A stretch of DNA of 64,000 bases from Octopus vulgaris (GCA_951406725.2 OX597838.1:21142001-21206000), one strand, 5' to 3'; positions 1-16,085 are shown, counted from the stretch's first letter. Notes: a model not told the origin generated them from the letters alone. Numbers and translations are program-made.

Positions 1-1520
1 GGGACAAGGACACGGTCAAAATATCTGGAGATGAGTTCAGTGGGGTAGTTGCAGGTGGAGACGATGGGGCAGCCAGGGTTGTTAGGTTTGTGGATTTTGG
101 GGAGGAAGTAAATAGTGGGGGTGTGGACAATGAGGTGGTGGGGGAAGACAGGAGGAGAAGATGAGGTTATGGATAGTGGAGGACACAGTCTGTTGGTAGC
201 TGGGCGTGGCAATCACCGTTTTTTTGGTGATTCCCTACAACTCTGGGCAGATGACCCCTTTGCATCTCTCAGGTGACAACGTTCCAACCCATGGGTCTGT
301 TTGAGTAGCCATTGCTGGTGTGGGCTTTACGAGATCAGTGCAAATCCTACCACAACCTCTTTAATTAGTTACCTTTTACGACATACAGAGGAAATGATGC
401 GTCTATTCTTTGACAAGCTGGTCCCCACACAGCATGAAGGATGTTGTGGTAGCAGTATGATGGAATGTGCTGTATCAGCACATTGCTGCATCCAATGTTT
501 TCCGATGATTCCCTACTTCTGGTTGGTGGATAATACCTTTGCACCACTCGGGTGACAACCTTTAACCCATGGGTTGTTTTGGTAGTCGCTGCTGGTGAGG
601 GTTTTATGGAGCCAGAGTGTAAATCCTATCTCAAGAAGGCTGGAGGGTATAACAGCTGAAACGTTATGTTAACTAAAAACGAGACGAGGACAAATATCCA
701 TTGAATGTAAATAATGTAATCTATTTCAACCTCTTTTAATCACCTTTTACAACATGCAGAGTAAACGATGGGTTTATTCTTTGACACACCAGTCCTCACA
801 CAGCACTACTGCAACACAAAATGAAGTGCTTTGCTGAAGAACACAACCCATGGACCATCTTGGGAATCAAACCCACAAACTGACAATAGCAAGTGCAACA
901 CATTAACTACTAGGCCACCTACCTTCACATTTTGCATTTGAGGTAAAAAAAAAATGAGCCCCCCACCCCACCCCCTTCGGTCATGACACAGACCATGGGA
1001 TTGCACCTAGAAGGTTACCCTCCCAGGCACAAGTCCAGGCAAGGTTGTTTAGGAAAGGCCAGCAGTCACCCAAGCATATCTAACTCCCCTCTCCATGCCA
1101 CCAGTGTTATCCAAGGGAAAGGCAAAGGACAATACAGCTTGGCACCTGTGATGTCGCAACTCATTTCTACAGCTGAGTGAACTGGAGTAACGTGAAATCA
1201 AGTGTCTTGCTCAAGAACACAATACGCAGCCCGGTCTGGGATTCGAGCTCACAACCTCACGATCGTAAGCTCGACGCTCTAACCACTGAGCCATGTGCCT
1301 TCACGGAAAAAAAAAAAATTATGCAAAAATTATTAGCCAACTCAAACAATGGACGATTCAAAGCATATGGTATTATAAAAAACCAAGATGTTCTTGCCTG
1401 GTGAGTACTTCTGCTCACTGTTGTAAATTGTTTTGTTGCTTATAAATTTTGTTTATTTCTGCTTGACTTGTTTCTCATTATAAAGAGACCCTTTTTTCAG
1501 CAAGATACAAGTACACTTAC

Positions 1521-1658
1521 CTGTTTGACAGTTGCTACCATTATAACCAGCAGCACATCCTCCACTGCTACAGACACCAGTCTGACGATTACATTTGCTC
1601 TTGTCAGCACAGTGACATGTACTTTTACAGTTTGCTCCAAATTTACCATTTACACACG
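1521..1658 (-). CDS. EGF-repeat exon 22
   Basis: ttttacag|..|gtaagt; [46 protein letters not shown]. Confidence 0.92.
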
Positions 1659-4600
1659 CTGTAAAATACATATGAAACATAGCTTACAACAATGAAATTT
1701 AGGTTATATTGTTAACAGCCAGACAGCACTACAAAAAGACTACAGCCTTCAGAAGACCTTAAAGACGTGGCTATCCTGTCTTAATATTATCCAAGATTAC
1801 CAAGATATCTGGTGCCTCGCTTGTACTCAAGAAAACTCATCCTTCACAGCAGAAGTGTTAATGCCATTCCCCCTGCTGAAAAAGATTGGCTTGCAAGAAC
1901 TTTGTGCCAGTGCCACATAAAAAGTACCCATGGTGGCACCATGCACAAAGAACTCTGCACACTCTGTAAAATGGTTGGCATTAGGAAGGGCATCCAGTCA
2001 TAAAAGCCATGCCAAATCAGACCAGAACCTGGTGCAGTTCTTCTGCTGGTCAGCTCTAGTCAAAGAATCCAACCCATGCCAGCACAGAAATCAAACATTA
2101 AAGAATGATGATGATGATGATGATGAGATGATTACATCAGTAAATGTATCTTTTCCTTATATACTGGGTTGGCAAGAAAGTAATTTCGGTTTGTTAGTGT
2201 GAAATAAAATTTTCTTTTTTCATACAAAGAATAAATGTTAATCAATTATATATTTTCCATTTTGTTCAAAGAACTTTTGCCATCTTTCTGGCAACTTCAT
2301 GATTCCACGCTCATAGAACTTCTGGTCCTTATCAGCCAAAAACAGAACAAAGTGCAATTTCAAGTCATCATCATTATTATTGAAAGTTATTATTATTCAA
2401 AGTTATTATTATTCAAAGAATTTTGCAAACTTCAAAGTAAATGATAATCTGATGATGCGAGGTCAGGGTTATATGGTGGATGTGAGATGACTTCCCAACC
2501 AAGCTCCAATAATTTTTCATGAGTCAGCAAAGATGTGTATGGTCTAGCGTTGTCATGGTGGAACACGATTCCAATTCTGGCCGTTTTTTAACCCATTTCT
2601 GATATGTGCATTCTGTTAAGCAATCAACACCATAAACTTCACATATCTTTTTGTGAGCCTCAGCATCTTTCTTGCCTTTATGGAAAAAAAAGCAAAATAT
2701 TCCAAAAATTGTTCGTTTTTGCACTCCATATTAAAACTGACACTAAACTAAGGGCTGTAATCAAAATTACATGCAATTTGCTTCTAAACTAAGCTAAAGG
2801 TAATGTCTGTCAAATGTCAAAAGACAAAAATCATAACATTGAAAAAAGGCATTAAAAAAAAAGGCATAAACTCTATTTGCGAAAAACGAAATTACTTTCT
2901 TGCCAACCCAATATATAAAATAGTTTGATGAACATCTGACTGCTATTTCTAGCAGGTCAAATAACTGCATAGAGCAGTCAATGGCAAACTGAAGAGTACA
3001 CCTAACCAAAAAATTACCTTGAAATTGTTTAGTAGTGCATCCTGTTTGATGATGAGTCTTAGCCATAAGTAGCCCACTTCTTGTAAAATGCTGCCCTTGC
3101 CCAGCATAGAGCTTGCACCAAGAACGACGACTGATACACCACATATTTTCTTAGTTACAAAACTTATGTGGCACTGTCCGACTTTCAAAGCAAATAATAC
3201 ACAAGATTGTTGCTTCATTGGGGGAATACTGTGGTCTTTGGGTTCAACACTCACATTTTCTCTTTAACCCTTTCGTTACCAACCCGGCTGAGACCAGCTC
3301 TAGCACTATAGTACAAATGTCTTGTTTTGAATTAAGTTCTGAATTAAAATCTTCTACCAAACCTTAGTCACAATTTATGTTCCTAACACTAGCTTAATGA
3401 TAACTAAGTTATTTTACTAAATTATTTGTTATATTTAACCCTTTTGATACCAACCTGGCTGAAACTGCCTCTTCTTCTGTAGTACAAATGTCTTGTTTTC
3501 ATAAGTTCTGAATTAAAATCTTCTTCCACACCTTAGTCACAATTTATGTTCCTAACATTAGCTTAATGTTAGCTAAGTTATTTTACTAAATTATTTGTTA
3601 TATTTAACCCTTTTGATACCAACCTGCCTGAAACTGCCTCTGGCTCTGTAGTACAAATGTTTTGCTTTCATATTAAAATCTTCCACCAAACCTTAGTCAC
3701 AATTTATGTTCCTAACACTTCCTTAATGATAACTGAGTTATTTTACTAAATTCTTTGTTATATTTAAAGTAATTAAAAGAAACACAGAGCATCTCAAAAT
3801 AAATACGGTAACAAAAGGGTTAAAGCACTAAAGGAAAATAACAAAGATATGTTATTACACTGACCTGTTTGACAGTTGCTACCCTCATAACCTGCAGTAC
3901 ATCCTCCACTTGAACACACACCTGTCTGATGGTGACACTTCTTGTTGTCTGCACAGTGACACGTATTTTGACAGTTTGGTCCAAATTTAGCTCCACTGCA
4001 AGCTACAATAAATAAGTAAAAAAATAAATAAACAGAACAACCTTTATTGGCATATTTTGCAGAATAATTTTAGAAGGAAAGGAAAGGAGCTGAATGCAAT
4101 TAGCAATAAGCTTGCTTCCCAACCACATGGTTCTGGTTTCAGTCCCACTGCATGGCACCTTTGGTGAGTGCCTTCTACTATAGTCTTGAGCAGACCAAAA
4201 CCTTGTGAGTGGATTTAGTAGCTGGAAACTAAAAGAAGCTCAGGGTGTGTGTGTGTTTGTTTCCTCCAACCACTTGACAACCGGTGTTGGTGTGTTTACA
4301 TCTCTGTAACCTAGTGGTTCGGCAAAAGAGACCAATAGAATAGGTACCAGGCTTAAAAAAACAAAGTATTGGTGTCGATTCATTTGACTTAAAGTTCTTC
4401 AAAGTGGTGCCCCAGTATGGCCACAGTGTAATGACTGTATCAAGTAAAAGAAAGAAATGAAGCGAAAAAGGTTTTCCAACATAAAGGAACAGAGAGGAAA
4501 TCAACACAATTTTACCTGAGATGACACGGAGAATCATAAAGAACTTCCAGGAATGACTCCATCAATGCATTGCCAACATCAACCGCTATTTGCCCAATGT

Positions 4601-5922
4601 AATTTCTAAATCCCATTAAAACAAAAGTATTTTTTTATGTACTTTTTAGAAATATAATCAGTTTTTTCCTAGACACTTGTTCTTTACTCTTTACTTGTTT
4701 CAGTCATTTGATTGCGGCCATGCTGGAGCACCACGTTTTAGTCGAGCAAATCGACCCCAGGACTTATTCTTTGTAAGCCTAGTACTTATTCTATCAGTCT
4801 CTTTTGCCGAACCGCTAAGTTACGGAGATGTAAACACACCAGCATCGATTTTCAAGCGATGTTTGGGGGGACAAACACAGACACACACATATATATATAT
4901 ACACGACAGGCTTCTTTCAGTTTCCGTCTACCAAATCCACTCACAAGGCCTTGGTCGGCCCGAGGCTATAGCAGAAGACACTTGCCCAAGGTGCCACGCA
5001 CTGGGACTGAACCCGGAACCATGTGGTTGGTAAGCAAGCTACTTACCACACAGCCACTCATACGCCTATGTACTTTTTAGAAATATAATCAGTTTTTTCC
5101 TAGATACTTGTTCTTTCTTCATATTCATTCAAAATGTGGGAGATCTCTATGCCCTACCCTGTATTAATACACACTCCAGACAATTTTTACTGTCCAGCGA
5201 AGAGAACACAGAATTACCATTGGAAGAATTCATGGAGTGACTAACAGCTAAATGTAGCCATAGACATTAGATACCTATCGTTGTGGTTAGCCGTTAACTC
5301 GAACTTAACTGAGAGCTAATACAGTATCTGCCTGGATAAGAGATAACTCCAAACTTACTTTTATATTACATATATTTGTTCTCTACTTATTATTTCTTTA
5401 CCCCTTCTTTTTCTATGGTCTACCTTTGACATCAGATCTACAAGCAATTATTTTTTAAAATACTCAATAGCGTTCTGTTTATCATTTATGCAGTCATCAA
5501 AATTGTTATAATGTCTTGTTATTGAGATGGGTCCTCTTTCTTTCCTGATGAGAAGATTACATTATTTTACACCGTTTATTCCTTTGGAATAAAACCAATG
5601 TTGTCTTCGAAACATATGTCGAAAGTAAAAGAATTTGAATAACACCTGCGTTGAACTCCCTTTATTTACTTATACTATGCAAATTACTGCACATTAACCC
5701 GGAGTTTCTACCTTTGAATAGGTCACTACATCCTTGTTACTTGCGTGAATTTTGCTACCCTGGTAACTGTTTATTAAATTTTCCGTGTAAACTGTAAACA
5801 AAGGACAATTCATTAATCCATTTATATATATATATATACATATACTACTAATAAAGGATGAAGTTTTTTTACAGAAAAAAATTTAATAAAAAAATGTGGC
5901 AGCATATTAAAGTACCTTTAAG

Positions 5923-5953
<31 letters not shown>

Positions 5954-6691
5954 GATATGTTGCATCACTAACCTGTTTCACATTTGGTGCCTTCATAACC
6001 TGGAGCACATCCTCCACTGGAGCATACTCCAGTCTGACGGTTACACTTGCTGCTGTCTGCACAGTGGCATATACTTTGACAGTTTGGTCCAAATTTGTCA
6101 TTTACACATACTGCAGAAAAAAAAATATCATAAAACAATGACAAAAAAAAAGTAATAATTTTTTACATAGAGCATACTACCACACATTCAGGGAGAAGCT
6201 CAGTAATTTAGCAATATTTATTCTAGTATTTAAGGACAAACAATGAAATGAAAACCAATCTGGGGAAGTAATTTTGTCTGTTGTGACTATTGAAAAGGTT
6301 GCAAGACGCAATGAAAATTTTAGGAAAATAAAAATTAGAAATATGTGGAAATTTTACCAGTGAGTGTAGTAAGGCACAAAAAGAAAATGACTCTCCCCAG
6401 ACACAACAGAATATGCTTCAACACACGAACTCATATAAAGAATCTTGCAAACCAAATCCCAAAACGAAATATAAATAAATATATATATATATATATATAT
6501 TATATAGAAGGAGCTTCTACAGGACTAGAACTGTTTCATTCAAAAGAAATCATCAGGAAGCTTCCTGATGATTTCTTTTGAATGAAACAGTTCTAGTCCT
6601 GTAGAAACTCCTTCTATATAATAAATTAATTTACTCTGCTATGTATTGAGTACCTTATTTACTGTGGTTAACCCCGACTCAACCCGGGACC

Positions 6692-6748
<57 letters not shown>

Positions 6749-8166
6749 CAAAGTTGAGTTGTGGGGTATTGCACGAGTGGAATTATATACGAAAGAAGGT
6801 TTGAAAATGCAATTTAAAAGATGTTTATTTACTTAACCGGTTTCACTCTTTGGAAAAAGATTGTCAAAAGTAACATAGAATATTATGAATTCAAAAAAGT
6901 TTTTTACATAATTGCCACATAACATGTATATATACAGTCTTTGGTAACAGGGACATGTTAAGGACATAAAGAAGTACAACAGTGTGATGAGAATATTTGA
7001 AAAAATGGGCAGTTTTTTCAAATATTCTCATCACACTGTTGTACTTCTTTATGTCCTTAACATGTCCCTGTTACCAAAGACTGTATATATACATGTTATC
7101 ATCATCATCATCATCGTGCAGGTGGCACGTAAAAAGCACCCACTACACTCACGGAGTGGTTGGCGTTAGGAAGGGCATCCAGCTGTAGAAACACTGCCAG
7201 ATAAGACTGGAGCCTGGTGCAGCCTTCTGGCTTTCCAGATCCCCGGTCGAACCGTCCAACCCATGCTAGCATGGAGAACGGACGTTAAACGATGATGATG
7301 ATGATGATGATGATGATGATATATATATATATATATATGTTTATATATATATGTGTGTGTGTGTATTGAGTCTTTTTTTGAAGTGGTAATGTATATTTAG
7401 TATAGTTAGAATAATAAGGTAGTCAGAATGCTGGATGATTATATATATTTTTTATTTCCACTTTCAGCACTTTCTTCAGTTATCGGATTTAACAAAAAGT
7501 GGTTTAAAGTTAGATTTCTTGGCCTTTTTATATATAAGAAAATTGTGGTGTGTGCCAAGCAAGAGAGAAGAAAAAACTTTTGAGAAGGAGGGGGATGTAA
7601 AGAGGCTTGGCTTTTGTATTGGTATGATCAAATTTGTTTGTTTAGTACTTAGTGACCTTTTAGGGTGGGGAAGGAAAAAGAAGTTTTAAACTTTAAACTG
7701 AAAAACCAGATGTTTTTGACTCTGTTTTTCAGTAAAAATTATAACTGCATTTTCATGTCTTATTTCTTTATTCTTTTGTATTCATTAATGTGGAGGAAGT
7801 AAAGAGGTGTGCTTCTTGCATTAGTGTGGTCAATGCTTGAAGTAGTCAAGGTTATCAATTTAAAAAAACAGATGTTATTTTTGACTTTCTTCAATAAAAA
7901 TAATTGAATGTCCAGGTCTTGTTTTTTTTTATTCTTTTGTATTCATTAAAGAATAGATGAATGTGGTCAACTTTTTTTTGGTTGAAATTCTGGATGTTTT
8001 TGAAAGAGTGATTTCTGAATTTTTGAGTTCACTCACACACCAATTATGTACATATATATAAATACACACACATGTAAAAACACACACAGACTCTAAGACA
8101 TCTATATATCTACATGTTCATTTTTGTGCATGTATGTATGTATGTGTGTGTGTATATGTGTGTGTG

Positions 8167-8210
<44 letters not shown>

Positions 8211-9190
8211 CAGATGAATATGGTACTTAGGTTGAGGCACCAGAATTTAGTACAGTATTATCCATACAATTTCAAAAAAAGGTGATTAAAATCAAAATAA
8301 GCAACAAGGATATCCAGAAGTAATGCAGTATGATCGTTTCATGCAACTCCATTTAATTGAACAATGCAATCATTACAGCAATTTAAAATGTAGAGCAATC
8401 TTCAGCTGCACAAAAAACATAGAATTTAATTAAATTAGAACAGATGGACACATTAGTATAATTATACCTAAAATCTCCAAGAAATTAAGGAGATAAATAA
8501 AGAACATGTTGTCTCTACTTCAGCATAGAAGTTACTAAAATTATCAAGAAGACTTTGCCTGCCACTGATTTTTTGTCTTTATGGGGTCAGTTTTAATTTA
8601 CAGACTAGTTTATCAAATCCCTTGTATATCTAAAGCTGAGAGAAGGGTAGGGCTGAGTGGAATAGACAGACATTCTAGTTGGTATAGTCATAAAAAATCA
8701 AGATTTATTATAAGCAATATCATGAGGTTTAGTAAGGGAAAACTTAAAACAAGATGTTAGCTGGTAATTAAGTAGGCGACAGACAGACAGACCAGACAAG
8801 ACAGACAGATTAGACAAGACAGACAGACCAATCCAGACAGACATACAGACATATCAGGCAGACAGACAAGACAGACACATAGATCAGGCAGACAGACAAG
8901 ACAGACAAATAGATCAGGCAGACAGACAGACAGACAAATAGATCAGACAGACAGACAGACAGATTAGACAAGACAGACAGACAGACAAGACAGACAGATT
9001 AGACAAGACAGACAGACAGACAAGACAGACAGATTAGACAGACAGACAAGACAGACAGACCAGGCAGATCAGATCAGACAGACACACAGACCAGAGAGAC
9101 AGACATAACAGGCAGACAGACAAGACAGACAGACAGACAGACAGACAGACCAGACCAGACAGACCAGACAGACAGACAGACAGACAGACC

Positions 9191-9250
<60 letters not shown>

Positions 9251-9317
9251 CAGACAGACAGATCAAACAGACAGACCAGACCAGACAGACAGACCAGACC
9301 AGACAGACAGACTGACC

Positions 9318-9365
<48 letters not shown>

Positions 9366-9370
9366 TGACC

Positions 9371-9402
<32 letters not shown>

Positions 9403-9468
9403 CAGACAGACCAGACAGACAGACAGACCAGACAGACAGACTGACCAGACTGACCAGACAGACTGACC

Positions 9469-9500
<32 letters not shown>

Positions 9501-9584
9501 CAGACAGACAGACAGACCAAACAGACAGACCAGACCAGACAGACAGACTGACCAGACAGACCAGACCAGACAGACAGACTGACC

Positions 9585-9664
<80 letters not shown>

Positions 9665-9713
9665 CAGACAGACAGACCAAACAGACAGACCAGACCAGAC
9701 AGACAGACTGACC

Positions 9714-9753
<40 letters not shown>

Positions 9754-12700
9754 CACAGACAGACAGACCACCAGACAGACAGACAGACAGACAGACCAGA
9801 CAGACAGACAGACAAAGAGATAGACAGATAGATGTCAACAGGTACGTCACGTAGTCAGGTAGATATCAATGGTGGTATGAAATTCTCTCAGTCATTCTTT
9901 AAATGTTTTTTTGTTTGTTATGCACAAAAGTGTGCATATCCCATGCTGGTGTGAGATTGCACATTAATGGCCATGTGAGTAAGGTGCACATTGAATTATT
10001 GAAACATCATTCAGGATAAAACGGTTTCAATGCAACGTCTCGTCAATAAAACCTGCAAGTCATTTGGAGGATTGAAACGGCACGTCGCCATTCATAATAA
10101 ACAAATGGCAAATGAAGTCAATGCTGAAACAGGACATTGCTGCAGTTATTGTGATCAGGATTTCAAATGCCTTTCAGACTTCAGAGTTATTTCAGATCTC
10201 ACGCTAAGAAAGAGAAATTGGAGGCACGGGGAGAGGTTAAGTTCTGCAAGGTGTAGACTGCTATGGTACAGCGAAGTGGCAGAAACGTTAGCACGCCAGG
10301 CGAAATGCTTAGCGGTATTTCGTCTGCGGTTACGTTGTGAGTTCAAATTCCGCCGAGGTCGACTTTGCCTTTCATCCTTTCGGGGTCGATAAATTAGGTA
10401 CCAGTTACGCACTGGGAGTCGATGTAATCGACTTAATACCTATGTCTGTCCTTGTTTGTCCCCTCTGTGTTTAGCCCCTTGTGGGCAATAAAGAAATAGG
10501 TACATATACACAGCAAAAGTAACTGGTTTCCTTTGCTGCTGTGTATTAATCTTTTCTTCTTTGTCTTTTACTTGTTTCAGTCATTAGACTACGGCCATGC
10601 TGGGGCACCACTTTGAAGAAATTTAGTCGAATGAATCAACCTGTTTTTTTTTCTTTATTTTTTTTAAGCCTGGTATTTATTCTATCAATATCTTTTGCTG
10701 AACTGTTAAGTTATGGGGATGCAAACAAACCAACACCAGTTGGTCAGGTGGTGCTGGAGGGACAGACACAAAGACACACACGCACATCAACATATACATA
10801 TGAGCAAATCACCCCCCACCCCCCGTCCAATGGACATCAAACATTTAAACCAAATTCTCTCAAAACAACTTGTCCGACCGTCCCATAAGCCTGACACAAG
10901 TAAAAGAGTAAAGACTAAGAGTAATCATCTACAAAAAAGGAAAAAACTAAGTAAAGGACATGAGTACAAACAGTATAGTAAGCAAGCCCATACACACAAA
11001 ACATGTAGACATGCACACACGCACACACAGATGCAAATGCATATGTGGATAAGGATACATGCCATAGAAAGAGAGAATGGATGAAACAGAACAGGAGGAG
11101 ACACATGGGATGGAGAGTTACTGAAGAGGTTACAAAATGTCCTTTGTGAGCCACTCTCCGGCTATCTATCTGAGGCTTTATATAGCTATGGTGCGGCCTC
11201 ACCTGGACTTGCATCACTGGTCTGGAACCCCTATCTTGCTCAAGATATTAATCATCTGGAAACCGTTCAGCGACGTGCAACCAAGAGAATACCCTCCATC
11301 AAGCATTTGCCATATACTGAATGCCTTACTTCCCTGGGCATGGATACATTGAAACTCCGACATCTGGCAGCTGACTTGGCAGAAACCTATAAAATTATCA
11401 ACCATCTTACAAATAATAACTCTGAGCACCTTTTCGAACTCCACCCGTCTAACACCCGTGGACATGTTTACAAAGTCAGAAAACAGCACAGCTCCCATGA
11501 CTTTCGGAAACATTTTTTCACGCTAAGAATCGCTGAAGTATGGTACAAACTGCCGGCAGCAGTTGTTAGTTGTCAGAGCACTGCATCCATCAAAACTTCC
11601 ATGCTTCCTGAGATATGCCAACACTAAACCTGATTTTCTCCCCTCCATACACACGCAAGCATGTATCTGACTCATACACTGTTCACTTCCCAGACATTTG
11701 TACATTACTGCATATACTTTATACGCACTTTCTGACAAGTTGTGGTGCACCTGAGCACTGCATACAATAATTTTATTATTATTATTATTATTATGTGTAA
11801 CAAAAGATTTCAGATGAAGAACACTAAAATTCGAATAATAATAATAATGCTGAAGTAAAGAACAAATTTATAGTGCATGTATTTGACCATAAAGAATAAA
11901 ATGATCATCCTAAAATATAACTATAATTATATATTGTTATGCCTACCTGTCTGACAGTTTTTACCATCATAACCAGGGGCACATCCGCCACTTGAGCACA
12001 CACCAGTCTGATGGTTACATAAGCTGTTATTTGCGCAGTGGCAGAGGTTTTGGCAGTTTGGGCCAAATTTAGATCTGGTACAAACTGTAAAAAAAAAAAA
12101 AACACGTTAGACAATGATTTGAGAATTTTTTTATTTTCATTTTTTCCTTTTATCAAAAAATATAATTTCAGAACTGAAGATGTAGAACTGGAAATATATA
12201 GCTAACCTTAAAGCATCTGATTAATAAATATAAAAATAAACGAACAAACAACCCATAGTCTTGGGACAATAGGAAATGACCAACAAATCAGAACATACCG
12301 GATATCCTAATAAAACAGAAAATAACTAATCAGAATGAAAAGATATTGTTAAGAAAATCATATGAGATTTTAATGGGTGTGTGATTCGTCTTTTCAGTAA
12401 CAGTTTATAAAGTTTTGGCAAAAAAAAAAAAAAAAAACTCGGTTACTGATTCACTCCAGTTCTCTTCGTGTGTCAATAGAAAACTCTTGATACAGAACAA
12501 ATGATACACAAACATTTGTTTGAAACGCAAGCTACATTTTTTTGGGGGGGGGGTGTTACTGGTTTTTCACTAATAAGCATCAGTAAAAGTCCCATGTATG
12601 CATGTACACACACAAATTTCTTTTCACGTTTAGTCATATGTAGAAACAGTGAAACATTAAAATAAAGGATCATAAAATACTTTCCAGTAGACTATCATAT

Positions 12701-12767
12701 TCTATTCTTACATGAGAATATATATATATATATACATACATACATATATATATATATACATACATAC

Positions 12768-12803
<36 letters not shown>

Positions 12804-14816
12804 ATACACACATATATACATACATATATATATATATATATACATACACACATATATACATACATACATATATATATACATACACACATATATACATACA
12901 TATATATATATATACATACACACATATATACATACATATATATATATATACATACACACATATATACATACATATATATATATATACATACACACATATA
13001 TACATACATATATATATATATACATACACACATATATACATACATATATATATATATACATACATATATATATATATACATACACACATATATACATACA
13101 TATATATATATATACATACACACATATATACATACATATATATATATATATATACATACACACATATATACATACACACATATATACATACACACATATA
13201 TACATACATATATATATATATATATACATACACACATATATACATACATATATATATATATATACATACACACATATATACATACATATATATATATATA
13301 TATACATACACACATATATACATACATATATATATATATATATACATACACACATATATACATACATATATATATATATATATACATACACACATATATA
13401 CATACATATATATATATATATACATACACACATATATACATACATATATATATATATATACATACACACATATATACATACATATATATATATATATATA
13501 TACATACACACATATATACATACATATATATATATACATACACACATATATACATACATATATATATATATACATACACACATATATACATACATATATA
13601 TATATATATATACATACACACATATATACATACATATATATATATATATATACATACATACATATATATATATATATACATACATACATATATATATATA
13701 TATACATACATATATATATATATACATACATATATACATACACACATATATACATACATATATATATATATATATACATACATACATACACACATATATA
13801 CATACATATATCTCTCTCTATATAAACGGCAGTTTGTCTGTGTGTGTGTCTGTGTGTCTGTTAGGTTGTACCCTCACCCTGACCACTGCTTTCAACCGAT
13901 TCTGATGAAACTTGACACACACATAGCCCAATGTCATAATTCAAAACTAACGCAGCGAAAATTTTGAAAAGTTCCCCCAGTTCTGAAGAAAATCGATAAA
14001 TTCGACATGGGGTCGAGAATCAGAAACACAAACCACAGACTGTCTAGGGGACGCAACTCGACCTTTTTACTCTCAAAAAAAAATTTACGATCATTTTTTT
14101 TCCATTTTTTTGCTATTTTTTGGTTATAACTCTCTAAAAATGCTTTATAGTTATTTCCCTTACAAACCCGAGCAACGCCGGGCGATACTGCTAGTATATA
14201 TATATATATATATATATATAGTGAGAGAGAGAGAGAGACAGAAGACAGATAGACAGACAATCATACAGACAGACAGTCAGTCACACAGACAGACAAACAG
14301 TCATACAGACAGATAAACAGTCATACAGACATACAGAGACAGACAGACAGACAGATAGTCATACAGATAGTCATACAGACAGACAGACAGACAGATAGAT
14401 AGCTAGACAGATAGACAGACAGACAGACAGCCAGACAGATAGACAGACAGACAGACCGATAGACAGACAGACCGATAGACAGAGAGATAGACAGATAGAC
14501 AGATAGATAAATAGACAGATAGATAGATAGATAGACAGATAGATAGATAGACAGAGACAGAGATAGAGACAGGCAGACAGAGACAGACAGAGACAGACAG
14601 ACAGATAAAGAAAGAAAGAGAGAGAAGAGGCAGTCAGAAGTTTGGATAAGATTTTATCAGCGCTTTCGTTCGTTTGACCGAAATCTTCAAGACGAAAATT
14701 AAAACAAAAATAATATTTTTACTTTGGTTATAATTTTTGTCTTGAAGATTTCAGTGAAACGAGCGAAAGTGGTAACAAAAGGTTATCCAAAATTCTGACT
14801 GCTACCTTTTCCCTCA

Positions 14817-14861
<45 letters not shown>

Positions 14862-15462
14862 GAAGGTTGAAAAGTAACACACGAGTTGAAATGTATAAGG
14901 AAAATAAGACAAGGGAGAAAATGCTAAAATAATTTTATCATGAAGAACATTTTAGTACCGGTTTCAGACTTAGCGACTTTTCAACTTTATATATATACAT
15001 ATACACTTATACACGCGCGCGTACACACACACATGTATATATGTATATATATACATGTATCATGTGAGAATATAATCCTTGATAAGAAATAACACCAGAT
15101 GAAAAGATATCTATACACACTCAAAATACGAACACGAGTTCCCACACGCATAAGCACGTACACATGACCTCCGCTATACATATGTGTTTATCTTTGTGTG
15201 TGTGTGTGTGCCTCTATATAGACATATGTATATTATGTAAATTCAATAATGAACTAATCTTACCACTATTAGATAATATGTTATGTAAACTGATGTACTT
15301 TATATATATGTGGCTGTGTGGTAAGTAGCTTGTTTACCAACCACATGGTTACGGGTTCAGTCCCACTGCGTGGAACCTTGGGCAAGTGTCTTCTACTATA
15401 GCCTCGGGCCGACCAATGCCTTGTGAGTGGATTTGGTAGACGGAAACTGAAAGAAGCCCGTC

Positions 15463-15496
<34 letters not shown>

Positions 15497-16046
15497 ATAT
15501 AAACGGCAGTTTGTCTGTGCGTGTTTCTGTGTGTCTGTTTTCTTGTACCCTCACCCTGACCACGGCTTTCAACCGATTCTGATGAAACTTGACACACACA
15601 TAGCCCAATGTCATAATTCAAAACTAACGCAGCGAAAATTTTGAAAAGTTCCCCCAGTTCTGAAAAAGATCGATAAATTCGACATGGGGTCGACAATCAG
15701 AAACACAAACCACAGATGGTCTAGGGGACGCAACTCGACCTTTTTAACTATCAAAAAAAATTTACCATCATTTTTTTCCCATTTTTTTGCTATTTTTTGG
15801 CTATAACTCTCTAAAAATGCTTTATAGTTATTTCCCTTACAAACCTGAGCAACGCCGGGCGATACTGCTAGTATATATATATATACATACATACATACAT
15901 ATGTATATATACATACATATATATATATACATACATATATACATACATATATATATATACATACATATATACATACATATATATATATACATACATATAT
16001 ACATACATACATATATACATACATACATATATACATACATACATAT

Positions 16047-16085
<39 letters not shown>

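Noticed and set aside
1-620. Short imperfect direct repeats (ggtgacaac..aacccatgggt) and small ORFs
   Set aside because: No recognisable motif; probably a decayed repeat next to a pLTR fragment, and cannot be classified by eye.
9034-9850. 195-248 aa SVCL-repeat ORFs
   Set aside because: Translation of a (GACA)n microsatellite, open in all three minus frames.
10030-10260. C2H2 zinc-finger host gene ([14 protein letters not shown])
   Set aside because: Short, degenerate and opposite to the host gene; more likely the C-terminus of a decayed LINE.
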